Source of the DNA: the human T2T-CHM13v2.0 reference genome, Homo sapiens
Strand: one strand, 5' to 3'
DNA length: 64,000 bases
NCBI RefSeq assembly: GCF_009914755.1
Contig: NC_060926.1
Position numbers and translations under genes: made by a program. Positions 31,717 through 46,102 of this stretch are shown here, one piece after another. Each line of letters begins with the position of its first letter. Position 1 is the first letter of the stretch. Under the pieces are notes generated by a model. The model was not told where the DNA came from and ran no database searches. It was given only the letters and a program-made list of their open reading frames with translations.

Positions 31717-32249
31717 CTGCCCAACTTTGAATCAGCATTTAGGCTCAACAAGGATACAGCACTTCACAAAATGACAACACCAAAGTGTCAAGAAGTAAGG
31801 TAATTTGTCTAAAGTCCCATGGTAATTTAATGATGGCCATGTTGGCAGTAAGGATCTGGTTTCCTGTCTCTTTAGTCCAGTGTCCCTCCAAACCCTAAGC
31901 TTCCTTAGTTGATTTTCTCCATCAGCCTAAAGAAGTTTGGATCAAAGTACAAGCTCAGTTCTGAGAAGAGAAGCCATCTGCCCATCATGCACCACATTGG
32001 TCAGTGTGAGCCATTATGCCTAAGAGCAAATCATTGAGCAGATGCAGGAGACAAGGTATGGGGCATGGGATGTATCTAGTGCCAGTACGTTGTCATTGGA
32101 TGAAGGGGGAAAAGAGGCTGCAGTTGTGGGAGGGCAGGAGGTTGTGCTGAGAGTAGCTTAAGAGCACTAGATAACCAGAGGTGGGGAGTGTTTTGCCCCA
32201 ATCAATACTTTTTTCAAAGGGAGACTCAGCCTTTGAAAAGGGCTTAAGG

Positions 32250-33015
32250 CATCATCACTGGCCATCAGAGAAATGCAAATCAAAACCACAATGAGATACC
32301 ATCTCACGCCAGTTAGAATGGCGATCATTAAAAAGTCAGGAAACAACAGGTGCTGGAGAGGATGTGGAGAAATAGGAACACTTTTACACTGTTGGTGGGA
32401 TTGTAAACTAGTTCAACCATTGTGGAAGACACTGTGGCGATTCCTCAAGGATCTGGAGCTAGAAATACCATTTGACCCAGCCATCCCATTACTGGGTATA
32501 TACCCAAAGGATTATAAATCATGCTGCTATAAAGACCCATGCACACATATGTTTGTTGTGGCACTACTCACAATAGCAAATACTTGGAACCAACCCAAAT
32601 GTCCAACAATGATAGACTGGATTAAGAAAATGGGGCACATATACACCATAGAATACTATGCAGCCATAAAAAAGGGTGAATTCATATCCTTTGTAGGGAC
32701 ATGGATGAAGCTGGAAACCATCATTCTCAGCAAACTATCGCAAGGACAAAAAACCAAACACCGCATATTCTCACTCATAGGTGGGAATTGAACAATGAGA
32801 ACACTTGGACACAGGAAGGGGAACATCACACACCGGGGCCTGTCGTGGGGTGGGGGAGAGGGGAGGAATGGCATTAGGAGATATACCTAATGTAAATGAC
32901 GAGTTAATGGGTGCAGCCCACCAACATGTCACATGTATACATATGTAACAAACCTGCAAGTTGTGTACATGTACCCTAGAACCTAAAGTATAATAAAAAA
33001 AAAGAAAGAGTGAAA
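32250..33015 (+). mobile_element. 5'-truncated L1PA (about PA4-5): ORF2 C-terminus, 3'UTR and A-tail
   Basis: ORF 32273-32791 is the L1 ORF2p C-terminus with CCHC motif [18 protein letters not shown], ending SLIGGN; TSD gaaaagggcttaagg (32235-32249) / gaaaagtgctgaagg (33016-33030). Confidence 0.97.
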
Positions 33016-33477
33016 GAAAAGTGCTGAAGGAGAGGATGGAGGCAGTAGAACCTCTCACCTGAAGGTGGTACTGTCCCCACAGCCTCCTGCAGAGTTTAGG
33101 GACATGTTGAGATTGATGAGAATTAGCCGTTTTTTAATAGAACCCATTCTGTGGCTGAATGGCTGCCTCCTGAACTGTAGTCACTGACAGGAGGGATGGT
33201 AAGCCCTGATGATTGTTATTCAGGTCTAGGAGTTTGGTATTTTATAAATGCTCCCCTAGAGCAGAGAGAATTTTGGTTTGTAAGGTCTTGTTAAAACCTG
33301 CCAGGACCACCTGCCTATATTCCCTCTTGGGAAGAATGAAGAATAGAGTTTTCCCTCTAGGGAAATGATTCTGTTCCTTCAAGGTATCCAAGCATGTTAT
33401 GATGACAGCAAGTAGTCTTGTTATTTCTACTGACTTGTGTGTATTAGGTCTGAGATCCCCCTCAGTCTTGGTGTCTG

Positions 33478-33510
33478 TCCCATGATTCTACTGTGAGTAG
33501 AATCATGGGA
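33478..33510. repeat. Perfect 15-bp inverted repeat with 3-nt spacer
   Basis: tcccatgattctact-gtg-agtagaatcatggga. Confidence 0.95.
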
Positions 33511-33728
33511 GTTCTGCCAGGATCACTGAGTGGTACAAACTAAAGATACTTCAGAATTCTACAGAAGCTGGGGTACACAGGCTAATGCATTAAACATTGC
33601 AAAACTCTGGGATATAAGCGGGAGTGTTTAGCTTCACATCTGAATTCTCTACTCTAAAATGCAGTGATTCCACTAGCAGAAATCTAGGATATTTATACTT
33701 TCCTAGATATTTCATACTCTTAAAAAAT

Positions 33729-33771
33729 ACACACACACACACACACACGTGCATGCACACACATACACACA
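33729..33771 (+). repeat. (CA)n microsatellite, interrupted
   Basis: acacacacacacacacacacgtgcatgcacacacatacacaca. Confidence 0.9.
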
Positions 33772-34990
33772 GAAAGATGGAGTATTTAAGAGAAAAGCAA
33801 GCAAACAACAGCAAAAAAAAATGAATGTGGAGAGTAGGAGAGAATATCATTTTTCTCCTCTCTAGGCTTTCCTAGTCATCGTGTTATTGCTCTGGTACAT
33901 TTCCTTTGTTCACATTAAGAAAAAAAGTAGAAAGGAATGGGAAAGTAGGAAATGTTTTATTGCGGAATAGAAGAAATTAGTTACTATAGAAATTATCTTT
34001 ACATGACTTTTATTCTTAATCAGAAATCCTTCCATTAGGAATCATGGAAGGCTTGTGGCTGTTGGTTATTCAGAGTACATTAGAAAATCAGCCAGTGTTC
34101 ACAGCCTTCACACCCTTCCATCGCGTCATGACAGGCAGACAAGGGAACCATGATTGGCAGGTTGGTGCTTGTCAAGTAAAGCTAGGATGCCTTTCAGAGG
34201 AATTTAAATTGGGTCAGGTTTTATCATTTATTGCTTTGTCTTTGATACACTCCCAGAGTGTTATAATTAGAGATATATAAGAGAATTAGCCTGAAAAAAT
34301 AAATACTCTTAGACAAACTCTACACATAGATGTGATACATTTTAAAATTTTTTCTTGATATATAGACACACATTTATATGACATCCTTATCCTTTTCAGA
34401 CATATACTAGAAAGGCAGAATTGCCCACTGAAGTTGTTCTAAAGAGGAATTTGCTGGAGGCTCCCTATAGAGTGTCACAACAGCCAGCTGCTTAGGTGGA
34501 AGGACTTCAGGGATTCCTTCCCTCAGTGAGAGCACCCAAGTCCTTAAAAATTCCCAAAGGACAAGATACTTTGAAACTGAGAAGCCATGACTCTTTTTTG
34601 AAGACAGTCTTTTATGCTCTTAAACAAATTAGATAACATGCTAAAGTTGGAAAATACTCTCATGTTTTAGATGTTACATACCAAAAATGGGGGATATTTC
34701 CATTTTCCATCCTTGTCTGCTAGATAGGCTTTCCCTTGAATGAGAAGTCTATAAAATCATTTTGCTTTCTCATAGATAGGAAATGCTAAGAGATAGTTGT
34801 TTCTTTTTTCTGTGTCTATGTGTTTGGGGTGGGTGGGGCGTTCTGTTAACTTCTCATTCTAAGCTTTGGGAGTTCTCATGCTGACTTCACCCTATCAGTG
34901 TGTCTTCTTAGTTTCTGGATTTACACCAGGCTGTGGACTAATAATGATACTATAAGATACTATCCCTGCAGGATGGTGGTTGATTTCTAA

Positions 34991-35449
<459 letters not shown>

Positions 35450-37110
35450 TAGCTCATGTGTACACTTCTGATCCACTAACTCATGCAGAAATACAGCCCT
35501 CAGATCTGGATATACCCTCCGGAGCCTCTTTTAATTCTTCCATGGCTTCAATTAAAAAACACTGACCCCTTTTCTGCCATCTGCTCGTCTTCCCTTTTCT
35601 CTCCCCAACCCACTGCCCATTCTTTTCTAATTATCTCCTGTAGAATTATACACTAAATATTAATTCTTGGAGTCATAGAAAAAAATAAACCCTGCAGATA
35701 CTAGTTTCACTAAAGGTGAATTGAATCTGTGGTCAGGAAATGTTGATTATGGCTCTCCCCTGCTGTGCAGCATCTAAAATTCCACTGTCCAATCTACTCA
35801 CCTTTAGTACCTTCAACTAAACCACGGTGCCTTTCAGGTTCACTTTATAAAGTGTGGCGAAAACACAATATCCACAGGAGCCGACTTTAATCTTTTCTTG
35901 TGAGGAGGCAATGACTCTGAAAGACTTCTGCTGATTTTCACACCCATCCATTTAATCAGTAATAATGCACCTTTGGAGAAGTAATAAAGTGGCATCTTAG
36001 TTTTCACACATGCAAAATGGGAATAGTAACTTATAACATAGTTTTGAGGCTTGATTCATTTAGAGTAATAAAGTTACTGTCCCAGTCTTGGTAAAGGGTG
36101 GATGTTAGTTTATGCATGTGCCTTTTTCCCTTGTTAGGTTTTATGCTTTGAGAAGAATACACATTTCTGGTTCCTCCTGTGGCTTCCCATAGTACAGGAA
36201 AGTGATGTGCAAATGACAGTTAATATTTATGGAATAATATCATCTGATTAATATGAAACTCAATAAATGAAAGTGATTGGTTGGCTGGCCCCCAACCACT
36301 ATGGACTTGGCAATTGTCTATCTTTCAGAACAGAAGTACCTGGGAGATGCCTGATGTCTATTGCAGGCATGAACAGCGATGTGTGATTAAAGTTAAGTGC
36401 TAGCAAGAGAATCCAGGGTTTTTGTTTTATGCTGAGCTTGTGCTGTGGTTTGATCCTAGTTAGAGTCAGGACAAGGGCAGCACAAATGAAAGACTGAAGG
36501 AATTTATTGACTGAGGAGAGGTAATCTATAGATTTATGGCAAGATGGATGCAACTTGATTTATGGAGGAAAACTGAACATGCCCCTCAATGGCATTAAGC
36601 TCCAAATAATAGGACACCCAGAATCCTTCATAAAGACTTCTAAGTTTCTGTGCTCAAGTCTGGGCTAGTTGTCAAACAGTGTAAATCATGGTGACTCATG
36701 CCATGTCTTGCTCAAAGATAAAATCAAAACAAGCAAAAATATAAGACAATAAATAAGCAGCATGCAGATGTTACATATAAGAATAGAGGTCATTCGAGTT
36801 TTGTGGCAGTGAGAGCTCGTAGGTCATTGTAGTTTGATGCTCGTCAAGTGAAGTTTACAGCCGTGTATGCATCTCCTTTCAAGGTGGCTTAGGAAGCAAT
36901 ATGAGCCCTTCTGTAGATTTTATTTGGCTAGTTAATGATATAGACATGGAGGTATGGAGGTATAAAGCACGGCAGAAACCATTATTATTTTTTTTTTAAC
37001 CGCTCTGATCTTAACCATGTCAATGCCATGAGAATATAGCCTCTGACTGGCTGAATGATTTCTTCCCAAGGTAGCTAATCCTTAAAGAGTCTAGGAGTCT
37101 CTTTTAAAGG

Positions 37111-37289
37111 GAGGTTCTGGGTTATCTTAGGAAAAAAAAAAAAAAACTCAAAGCACTTAAAAATCCTTACCTAAAATTCTTGCCCAGCCCTGTACTTTGC
37201 TAAAATACTTAGTATTTTAGGTAAGGATTTTTAAGTGCTTTATTTGAGGTTTTTTTTTTTTTTTTTAATCTAAGTTAACCCAGAACCTC
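37111..37289. repeat. Long fold-back inverted repeat (~67-76 bp arms)
   Basis: Perfect 28-bp stem 37150-37177 / 37214-37241; paired A-run and T-run; perfect 14-bp outer stem 37111-37124 / 37276-37289. Confidence 0.95.
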
Positions 37290-38704
37290 TCTGTAGCTTT
37301 TTCTTGTTTCTCAAAACCACATGTTCATTGTGTTCTAGCCTCCTTGGCTGTGCTATTTAAGAGAGGTTGGTCTTTCTCCAACTATACCTTGAGGTGTGTA
37401 ACTTTTTCATGAGAGAGATGTTACCTCTCATGCTCCCTAACTTGTCCTTCTCCCCTCCCCTTGTGGGAAGAGTGGTGGGATATGCAGCTTTCACTCTGGG
37501 AATTGAATGTTCTCTGTGCTATCAAACTCTCTCATTTTCTTTACTTACTCCGAGGAATAAATGAATAACAATTTCTTAAAATGTTATTCATGCAAAACTG
37601 TTGGTTTTGTTAAAAGAAAAAGGAATTAAAGGAATCTGTTGATTGAATTTGGAATAGAAACGATGGAAGGTATGAGATCCACAAAAGGTAGACGTAGCCT
37701 TTAGAAGTGGTATATCATGGGGGCCAGAGATTGAAAATTTACACTAAAGGGTTCAATCTGGTTCTCAGTCCTTCTTTATTAGGTCACTTTGTTTTTTAAA
37801 AATTGTGCATTAGTTTTTATCATTTAAAAATAGAGGGATTTCTGGTTTCTTAGACAAAATGGAAGGATCTGTTAACAGAGGGTTCATGATCTCTAAGGCC
37901 AAGAGTCAACGGAAGCTGAATAGTAGTCAGGCATTTTAGAGCAGGCCCATTAACCCAAACACTCGCTGCAGTCTCATGGTTGACCCATTTGCCTCGATGT
38001 GTACCTGCTTGACTCCTGTTGATTTGCATTTGTGACTCTCTGGGCCCATAGCATGTAAAATACATCTATGTTCTTATTACAGTCTCTGGCTGGGACTTTG
38101 AGGCCCTAGTCCCACAGTACACTTTTTTTAAACATAATAACAATCATTGACCCATGTCTAGCCTGGGTGGAAAGTGAACTCCAAAGAGATATTGTCTTTA
38201 TGAGGCAGACTGATGTGTAAACCTCAGTGACATGATGCAGATAAATCTCGGAGCAGGAAGTTGTGAATGGTCAGGCGCCATGGAGATGCCAGAGAGGTAA
38301 TGTATTTTAACCGAATGCAGCGTAACAAGAATGTCAAAATCAACAGCAAAAAGAAAATGTGGATTAATCTATATTTAGATCATTTCTGAGTCTCCATTTA
38401 TTTTTACTGGTTTATTGATACCATAGGACTTACGCTACTTATTATTCCATTGAATTATGTCTGACTTCTCCAACTCCTAGGTTGTAAACTCTTGGAAGAC
38501 AGATTTCCTGCTTTTATTCTTTCCCATTCTCTTTTTTTTCTACATCTCATCCTCTCACTTCACATAGAATAAAACACATCAAGATAATACGTGCTTAGAG
38601 CGATGAGTACTTGAATAAAACTTTTCATCTCTCACCCAGCTGCTTCTTTTCCTTTCCTGGAAAAGAGTGGAATTCTCTGAAAATTCTTTTCTCTCTCTTT
38701 TTAG

Positions 38705-38902
38705 GATTTAGAACGAGGCAGCGCCATGTCCTCATGGAATCTACAGGGCCTGCAGGGCATTGCCCTCATTTGGTGGAGTCTGTTCCTTGTGAGGATCCAA
38801 TGTGCTACCGATGGCTGGCATCAGAAGGGATCTGTTTCCCTGATCATGGAAAATGTGGCCTGGGACATCGTATTCTGAAGGCCGTCTGCCAGAATGACCG
38901 CG
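38705..38902 (+). CDS. THSD7B: Next THSD7B coding exon: (G)FRTRQRHVLMESTGPAGHCPHLVESVPCEDPMCYRWLASEGICFPDHGKCGLGHRILKAVCQNDR(G)
   Basis: Acceptor ttcttttctctctctttttag|; donor GCG|gtatga; 198 nt, phase 1-1; TSR RxRxR strand and CG.G.R motif; G+GA forms Gly across the junction with 28334. Confidence 0.93.
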
Positions 38903-40042
38903 GTATGACCCAGTGACCCACTAGAGGTGTTAGGATGTTAAGTATCAGCCAAATAACACATGACCACCCTTCAATAGATCATTCTCATGAGGAAGAGAAG
39001 CACAGCCTTTCTTATCCTTGAATATTTATGTTTACATCGAGTGACACATTGCTGCAAAGTAAGGTGCCGTGACTTAATATGGGTCCACATACTCCATGAC
39101 AGAACACTATTTGATTGTACTTAAATGCAATACAGCAAACCTAGAGATTTCTTAAGAGTTTTTAATTTGTCAAAAAAACAGAGAACAAATCTCTTGGATA
39201 GTGTTCAACTTATCAATATAAAACAAGTAAAAGCCAATGTATAACATGCCTTTATATATTATAAACAAATGTCATCTTGTTAAGAATCCAGGACTGAAAC
39301 ATCCTGCAAGTTAAAAAAAGAACCAAACAAAACTAGGTGGCTTTTTGTTTATATGACATTAGAGTTGAATCAGCTATAGACACAATACTAACATTTCCAA
39401 AGAACTGTTTTTAAATACAAGTTGTCAAGATTTACAAAACTATTAACAATGATGTCTTTCCTCAATCAGCAAGCACCTGGTAGGTTATTTGAAATGAAAG
39501 GTGATTCAGAAAACATGTGTCATGTGGAAATAAGAAAAGTGACATGTAAAACCTTGATCCTGAACTTGAAAAAAATTTCAGTACCTTGGAAGAATATCGT
39601 GTATATTTATTAATCAGCTCTGCCATGAGAAGCCCCACTTATAATGCTCATGATATGTGGAATGAAGCGTTTTGAACTTATGCAGCTAAGTAATCCATAG
39701 AACAGAAGTAAATCACAAAATAGATTCAGAGCACACAGGGTTGATATATATTGCAAAGCTTTTCATTCCTTTTTTTCTCTCTCCCTCCCTCCCTCTCTTC
39801 ATCCTTTCTTCATTTCTTTTCAATCATTACCATAATTACACAGATATAGATTTTGTCAGGTGATGTAATTGGTTCCCTGTGGAAACCAGGTGATTATTTA
39901 ATTAAAGGGCAATAACAGATTGTATTAGCTACAGCAGAGTTAAAACTAATAGCAACTCCTGTGAATATTAACATATAATTTTTGAATTGTGGTAACATAT
40001 GTGCAATTTAGTAACAGATCACTTTCGTATTGCTTTTGTTTG

Positions 40043-40880
40043 TGTGATATTGTGTTTTCTAATAAGACGTATATTTTTTGGTCTTCGTCCCTGGCTCCTT
40101 ATCACAGAGCTCCTAAAACCCTGGTTATTTCCTGAGATACAGGGGTGCTAGGAGAATCTTTTGTTTTCATAGTTGGTCTTTAATCGTGGTTCCTGACACA
40201 GCTCTTAAATCCCTTGGAATTTCCTGAGTGCAAGGCCTGCCTTATTCTAATGAAGTAATGCTTGGTGAGCTTCTGGATGGGAGATGATCACCAGAAAGAC
40301 CAAACCATGATTAGAAGCTTAGGTATTTCAGTTCACCCACTGGAAACAAGAGAGGGGCTGGAGATTGGGTTAATTATTGATCCTACTTACATAAACACCT
40401 CTGAACTATGAGGTACAGAGAGCTTCTGGGCTGCTGGAAATGTGGCAGTGCTGAGAGGGTGGCAGATCCCAGCAAGGGGATGGAAGCCCTGCACTCTGTC
40501 CCCCATACCTTGCCCTGTGCATCTTTTCCTCATGAATCTCTTCTGGCTTTTCATGTATATTCTTTGTAATATCCTTTATGATAAACCAATACATGTAAAA
40601 TGTTTCCCTGAGTTCTGTAATATGTCCTAGGAAATTATAGGACCTGAGGAAGGAGTTGTGGGAACCCCGATGTATAACCATGGGTCAGAAGCACAGGCGA
40701 CAGTCTGGGACTTGAGACGGGCATCTGAAGTGAGCGGCAGTCTTGAAGGACTGAGACCATAACCTGTGGGATCTAATGCTAACTCCAAATAGATAGTGTT
40801 AGAGTTGAGTTAAATTGCAGGATGCCCAGGTGGTGTTGGAGAATTGTGTGGTTACAGAAGTGTTCTGTGTTGAGTTTGGA
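40043..40880 (+). mobile_element. MER21-family solo LTR
   Basis: tgtgatattgtg...cagagctcctaaaaccct; caccagaaagaccaaaccatgattaga; tgtttccctgagttctgt; ggcatctgaagtg. Confidence 0.85.
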
Positions 40881-43800
40881 GTAAGAAGTGAAGTATGGAA
40901 GTTTAAAACATGAGCTCTAGAGTTAGATAGGTTGCAGTTTCAACTCTGCTACTCACCTGCTAGGTTGTCTCAGGAAATTTATTTAACTAGGAAGCATCCT
41001 TTCTTTCAGCTGCCAAGTGGGGTAATAAAACCTCCCTCTCACTCTTAAGACTGTGAGAGTTAAATTAGTTATATAACAATGATTAGTGAAGTGGCAATGA
41101 TTTTTTGAATGGCATATAACCATTCCAAAAAGCCATAAACTTATTTTATGTATATTTTAAAGTACAATTATTATTCTACCCGGTCCTGAAGAATTGGTCG
41201 AAGAGCATTCTTTTAAAACATGAAAATAATAAGGAGGATTCGAATAGCCATAACTAAATCTTCCTCCCCAGCTCCAGCTAAGGAAACACAAAGATCATTG
41301 GTTTGGTTGGAACCCAGTGATAAATGACTCTCATGCTTTGTTATCTCACAGCAGATATTGGAGGGTTGTCATGATATCTCTGTCCACTTGGCTAGGAACT
41401 TCTTTCATAATTTATGCTGAGCCTTCTACAATCATCAGCTTTACTGTTTTACAGCAGTTTTAGAGCTTTCTTGCTTATTCCTGTGAAATGACTAATTTTC
41501 AGCTTTTGACCTACACACTGAACTTATGTGTGCAGAAGAGGGAATTAATATTTGTTCATATCAGCTCCGTGAAGTCTTTTTGGTTTTTAAATACCTGAAT
41601 GACTCCCTCATCGTTTGTGGGGCAATGGCCATGGTCGTGGTTCTGGGAACATGCTTGGCCTCCTAGTGGCTGAAGCTGTCTTTTGTTCTGTGTGAAACTG
41701 AAAATGTGGTCTGGTTACACTTTTTGTGGTTCAGCTTCAGTGTGAATCTGGGTGATTGATGATAGAAGTTTGGCAGAGAAGTGCTCCTGTTTGACTCCTA
41801 CATATTATCAGGGTTTTTCCATAACTACAGGAGTTGACAGAACTGTTGACATTAATTTAAATGCCTGGAGAATGACAGGTTTGAGATATACAGTGTCCTT
41901 TGATTTCCTTTTGTTTTTTTCTTTGTAACATTTGATATTTTCCTCCATCACTCTTGGTTTATTAATTGCTTCATAGACACTTTCTTTCAGAATTTGTTTT
42001 GAATTTAACAGATGAGACCAAAAGAAATACTTTATTTTTGATTTTTTAAAAAACCACTTACATTAGATCTACTCAGACTTGAGGCCTACCTTAATTTGTA
42101 AGGGTAACTTGGCTTGTTTACCATTTTTAGGCTTTTACATATGATCTCCTTCTAGATATCCTGCATATAGGTGTTTAGAAAGGAACATTCAACATCCCTG
42201 CCAAGTATCTATGTCCCATTCAAATTGTGGAACCATGAGATTTCTACATAAGCTTGACCAAGATTCTGTAGGGCTCTCGACAGTGTCTTGTTGGGTGTCC
42301 TTGTTAGCTGCTAGGAAGACATATTGCTCTTCCCCAGGAGTTTGTTTAGACCATTAGCTTACAAACTTCAAAAATATATAATCTATGTCACATTGAAACC
42401 AGGGAGTATATGGAAATAGCAATTTCTGATGTGCCTAAACTTTGTGGATTAGTTTAAGAATGTGGTCTACTTTGGGTTATCTTAGATTTGAGTAGTCATC
42501 TCTAATTCCTACAGCTATCTCTGCTTTGTTCCATTCTCTACTTTGATTTATTAGCAATACTATCAGTGCCACTGAAGCTCCTCTTTCTCCCTCAAGCCTG
42601 TAATTATAGCAAACAATATGTTAGTCAGTGATATTTATTTTCAAGAGGTAAATTGCTTAATAGATTGTATAAATGAGTGTTCTTATTTGGAATCTGATTT
42701 CCGAGTCTCTGATTGATGGAATAGCTTTGATTTCTGTCCTCTGCACAATATCTTATCAAATGTCAATAGACATTTACGGAGCGTTGAATATGCATAGGTT
42801 ATTCTTGTCTCATTGACAAGTATGTTTCCTCATTTCAAAGTAGCACTTGAAATGTAAATGGAGTGAGATTCAAAAATGCAAGCCCAACATATTTCTCCCT
42901 TAGAATATCAAATTTACTCACTGCATTTTAAACATCAATTCTCAAACATATAACTGGTTCGTTATTGCCAGGTGTCACTGGTGATTGATCAAAGTTTACC
43001 ACCAAGTGACATCTTCAAAAGCAAGTTGGAAAAACCCTCATAATGCCAGGCCAGTGGACAGTGTTCCCAGTGGCTGGCAAGTGACTACTATGTATCATCT
43101 TTCATGTGCCCACAATGCAAAGTGGGCAGAAGACTCCATGGGGTCATTGGATAAACACCTGTCTGCCTGCTGTAGCAGTCAGACCTGGAGCACTCACCCA
43201 TAACTTTTGCCCCATAATTTGCCAAATAGGCTATCTTGAAAAAAAGTGTTTACATGTTTCAGCAAACATCTTCATTCAGGGATAATGCAACATACAATCT
43301 GCACTTCTAGAAGGCAAATGCCCACACTACTGAAGAGTGTAATAGATCACAAAGAACAAAGTTCACATGTTGAGAGGCATGGAGTTAGAGTTCTGCAGTG
43401 TTGCCAAAAACACTCCCTTGCATACAAGGTTTTTTTATTTTCACAGTTGCACTATGCATTTTCCATGCAAATATTTTTCTCAAGCTGTGTATATATTTGC
43501 ACGGCACTAGGAATGATTTTGCATCATTAAAGTAGCTTTGCTTTTTATTTCAAGGATATTTTTCTAGGGGTCTTTGCCTTAAATCATTAACTGTGAACAC
43601 TCCAAGAATGTTACCTTTAATCTTGGCTAAAATGGCATGTACTTGTAAGCTCTAACACTGTAAGTACTTTTTAAGGAGGACTTCAACTGGTGGAAATGTG
43701 TTAGAATAATCATTTACCTAAGTTGGATCAAATATTCTTTAAATGTTTTTACGTCTGTGATTGGAGTTGAAAGTTTTGTTTTGTTTGTTTGTTTTATTTT

Positions 43801-44535
43801 TAGATCTCAAAAATGTTCTTTGGCTTACCTGTGAGAGTAATGTCAGACTCCAGACTCCATTCAAATAAAAATTATTTTTTGGAATATTTTGCGATTCACC
43901 AGAATTCTAAAGAGAACTCCTTTTGTGTTGTCTTTATTTTTAAACTCTTCGATTATGTTGTATCTCGTGTTGTTAACAAATGCTGCTTTACTTCTGCTCT
44001 GTAAGTTTTTGCTTTTGCTTATAAGATATTCTAAATGCTATTTTAGTATAATATTTATTTTCTTGTATTTTAGGATGAAAGAAGAATAGATTATTCATCA
44101 GATATTTCTTTTTCACATAAGTATATTCCTTCAGTGAATCAACCTATTTAAAGAGATGCTATAAAATTCGAGCCACCTGAGGATATGTAGGCTCTAAAAT
44201 AAAGTTAAAATGTGGATTTTCTAAAAGTTTTGAGAAATGGCAACTTGGTTAAAATAAATATGCGGTTTATTAAGATGTGCATTTTAGAAAGGATAATAGT
44301 AATCAGATTTTTCTTTTTTAAGAAAGTAACTATCATTTTTTCTTATGCTATCAATTTTTTATTTGTGTAGGAAGACTCCCACTTACCTTTATATAGGGAC
44401 GAGAATCTTATCTTGCCAACATCTTGCCACCTGTTTGGAAGAATCGAAGAATGGGAGAATAAACATGGACATGCATTTGTATTAGCAATGCAGATTCAGA
44501 GAAATGGCCCTTTGGAATAGTCAGAAGTAATGGGT

Positions 44536-44937
44536 TGTAGCACACACCTTTGTTTCCTGCCCAGATCCCCTTGGCCATTTCCCATTTTTGTGGGTGTCAG
44601 CCTGAAATTCCAGCTGATATCACCTACATCTCTTTGCCTAAGAATTGTCTCTGTTCACTGCAGTCTTGCTAGGGAATTGGCAACCCCAGGGAGCAGTCTT
44701 CAACTATTGATTGAGAGTTGGTGATACACACCCAGCTTCTTTCTTCTCAGTTGAAATAGCCTGGAGGTGTATGTTTGAAGCTGTTTCCTTATTGATTACC
44801 TACTCTTTACCAGGCTCCTCCCTTTCCTGCCTCACTTCCCCACTTTGTGACTGGCTCCCTGGCATGGCTTCCCAATAAGTACTTGTCCGGGAATCTTTGT
44901 CACAGAGTTTCATTATGACACAGCTCAAACTAAGACA
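44536..44937 (+). mobile_element. LTR16-like ERVL solo LTR
   Basis: tgtagcacacacc...cccagatcccct...cccaataagtacttg...caaactaagaca. Confidence 0.65.
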
Positions 44938-45451
44938 AAGATACTTGGAAAGATATTTAGTCAATCCATTCCTATAGGAGATACAAAATCCAATTCAAAT
45001 CATACCATGTTGATGATAGTTTTTAAAGAATTACCTTTCAAAGCAGAAATGATATACTATCTCATGAGAGATCATTCAATATTTTGAACAACCCTCAGTC
45101 TTTATTCATTATTTGCCATTATTCAAAGGGCTTCAATATACTGCTTCTGTTTTCCCTATGAAAACATAAAACATATTATTGAATTCCATTTATTTTCCAG
45201 TTAGGCCATCTGGGTAACATACATCATCATCTTGAGTCTTGTTTTTCAACTATTGAGTCATGTGTGACTCTGGAGGGGGACTAGGTTACTCTTATTTTCA
45301 TTTTTTAGTTGATTCCAGATTGTATTGGAATAGTTCTGAAAAAGAAAAAGACAAACAGACCTCTACTGGGTGTTAAGGTAATTACTTGTATAGGAAAATT
45401 GGGTCTGAAATGTTGGAGAGACATGGTGCTCTTATCTTGTTTCTTCTAGAT

Positions 45452-45634
45452 CAGTGGTTCTAAAACTAGTAGGCATCAGAATCACCTGGTGGGCTTGTAA
45501 AAACACATGTTTCCAGCCCCTACCCCAGAGTTTCTGATTCAGTAGGGCTAGAATAGGGCTCAAGAACTTGTATTTCTGGCAAGTTCCCAGGTGATGCTGG
45601 TGTTGATCCAGGGACCAGACTTTGAAAAACACAG
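45452..45634. mobile_element. MER5A
   Basis: cagtggttctaaa...gcatcagaatcacctgg...cccagagtttctgattcagtagg...caagttcccaggtgatgctg. Confidence 0.9.
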
Positions 45635-45730
45635 TTGTAAGCCAAAGAAGGACAATGGGCAGCTTCATAATGTTAGCATATAACAGAGAAGTAGGCTACA
45701 GCATGTCTTACAAGGCATGTCTTACACTTA

Positions 45731-46102
<372 letters not shown>

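Noticed and set aside
32273-32791. 172-aa ORF as a gene
   Set aside because: It is the C-terminus of L1 ORF2p in a 5'-truncated copy with no promoter, endonuclease or RT domain.
38275-38302. Strong Kozak ATG (gcgccATGg) followed by donor-like AG|gtaatg ~400 nt before the second exon, as an alternative first exon
   Set aside because: ATG to donor is 17 nt (phase 2), out of frame with the phase-1 acceptor at 38705, and there is no promoter evidence.
38917-38934. CTCF-like ccactagaggtg just after the exon
   Set aside because: It lacks the GGC part of the core motif; weak match.
41102-41131. Short imperfect hairpin tttttgaatgg...ccattccaaaaa
   Set aside because: Short, AT-rich and bulged; expected by chance.
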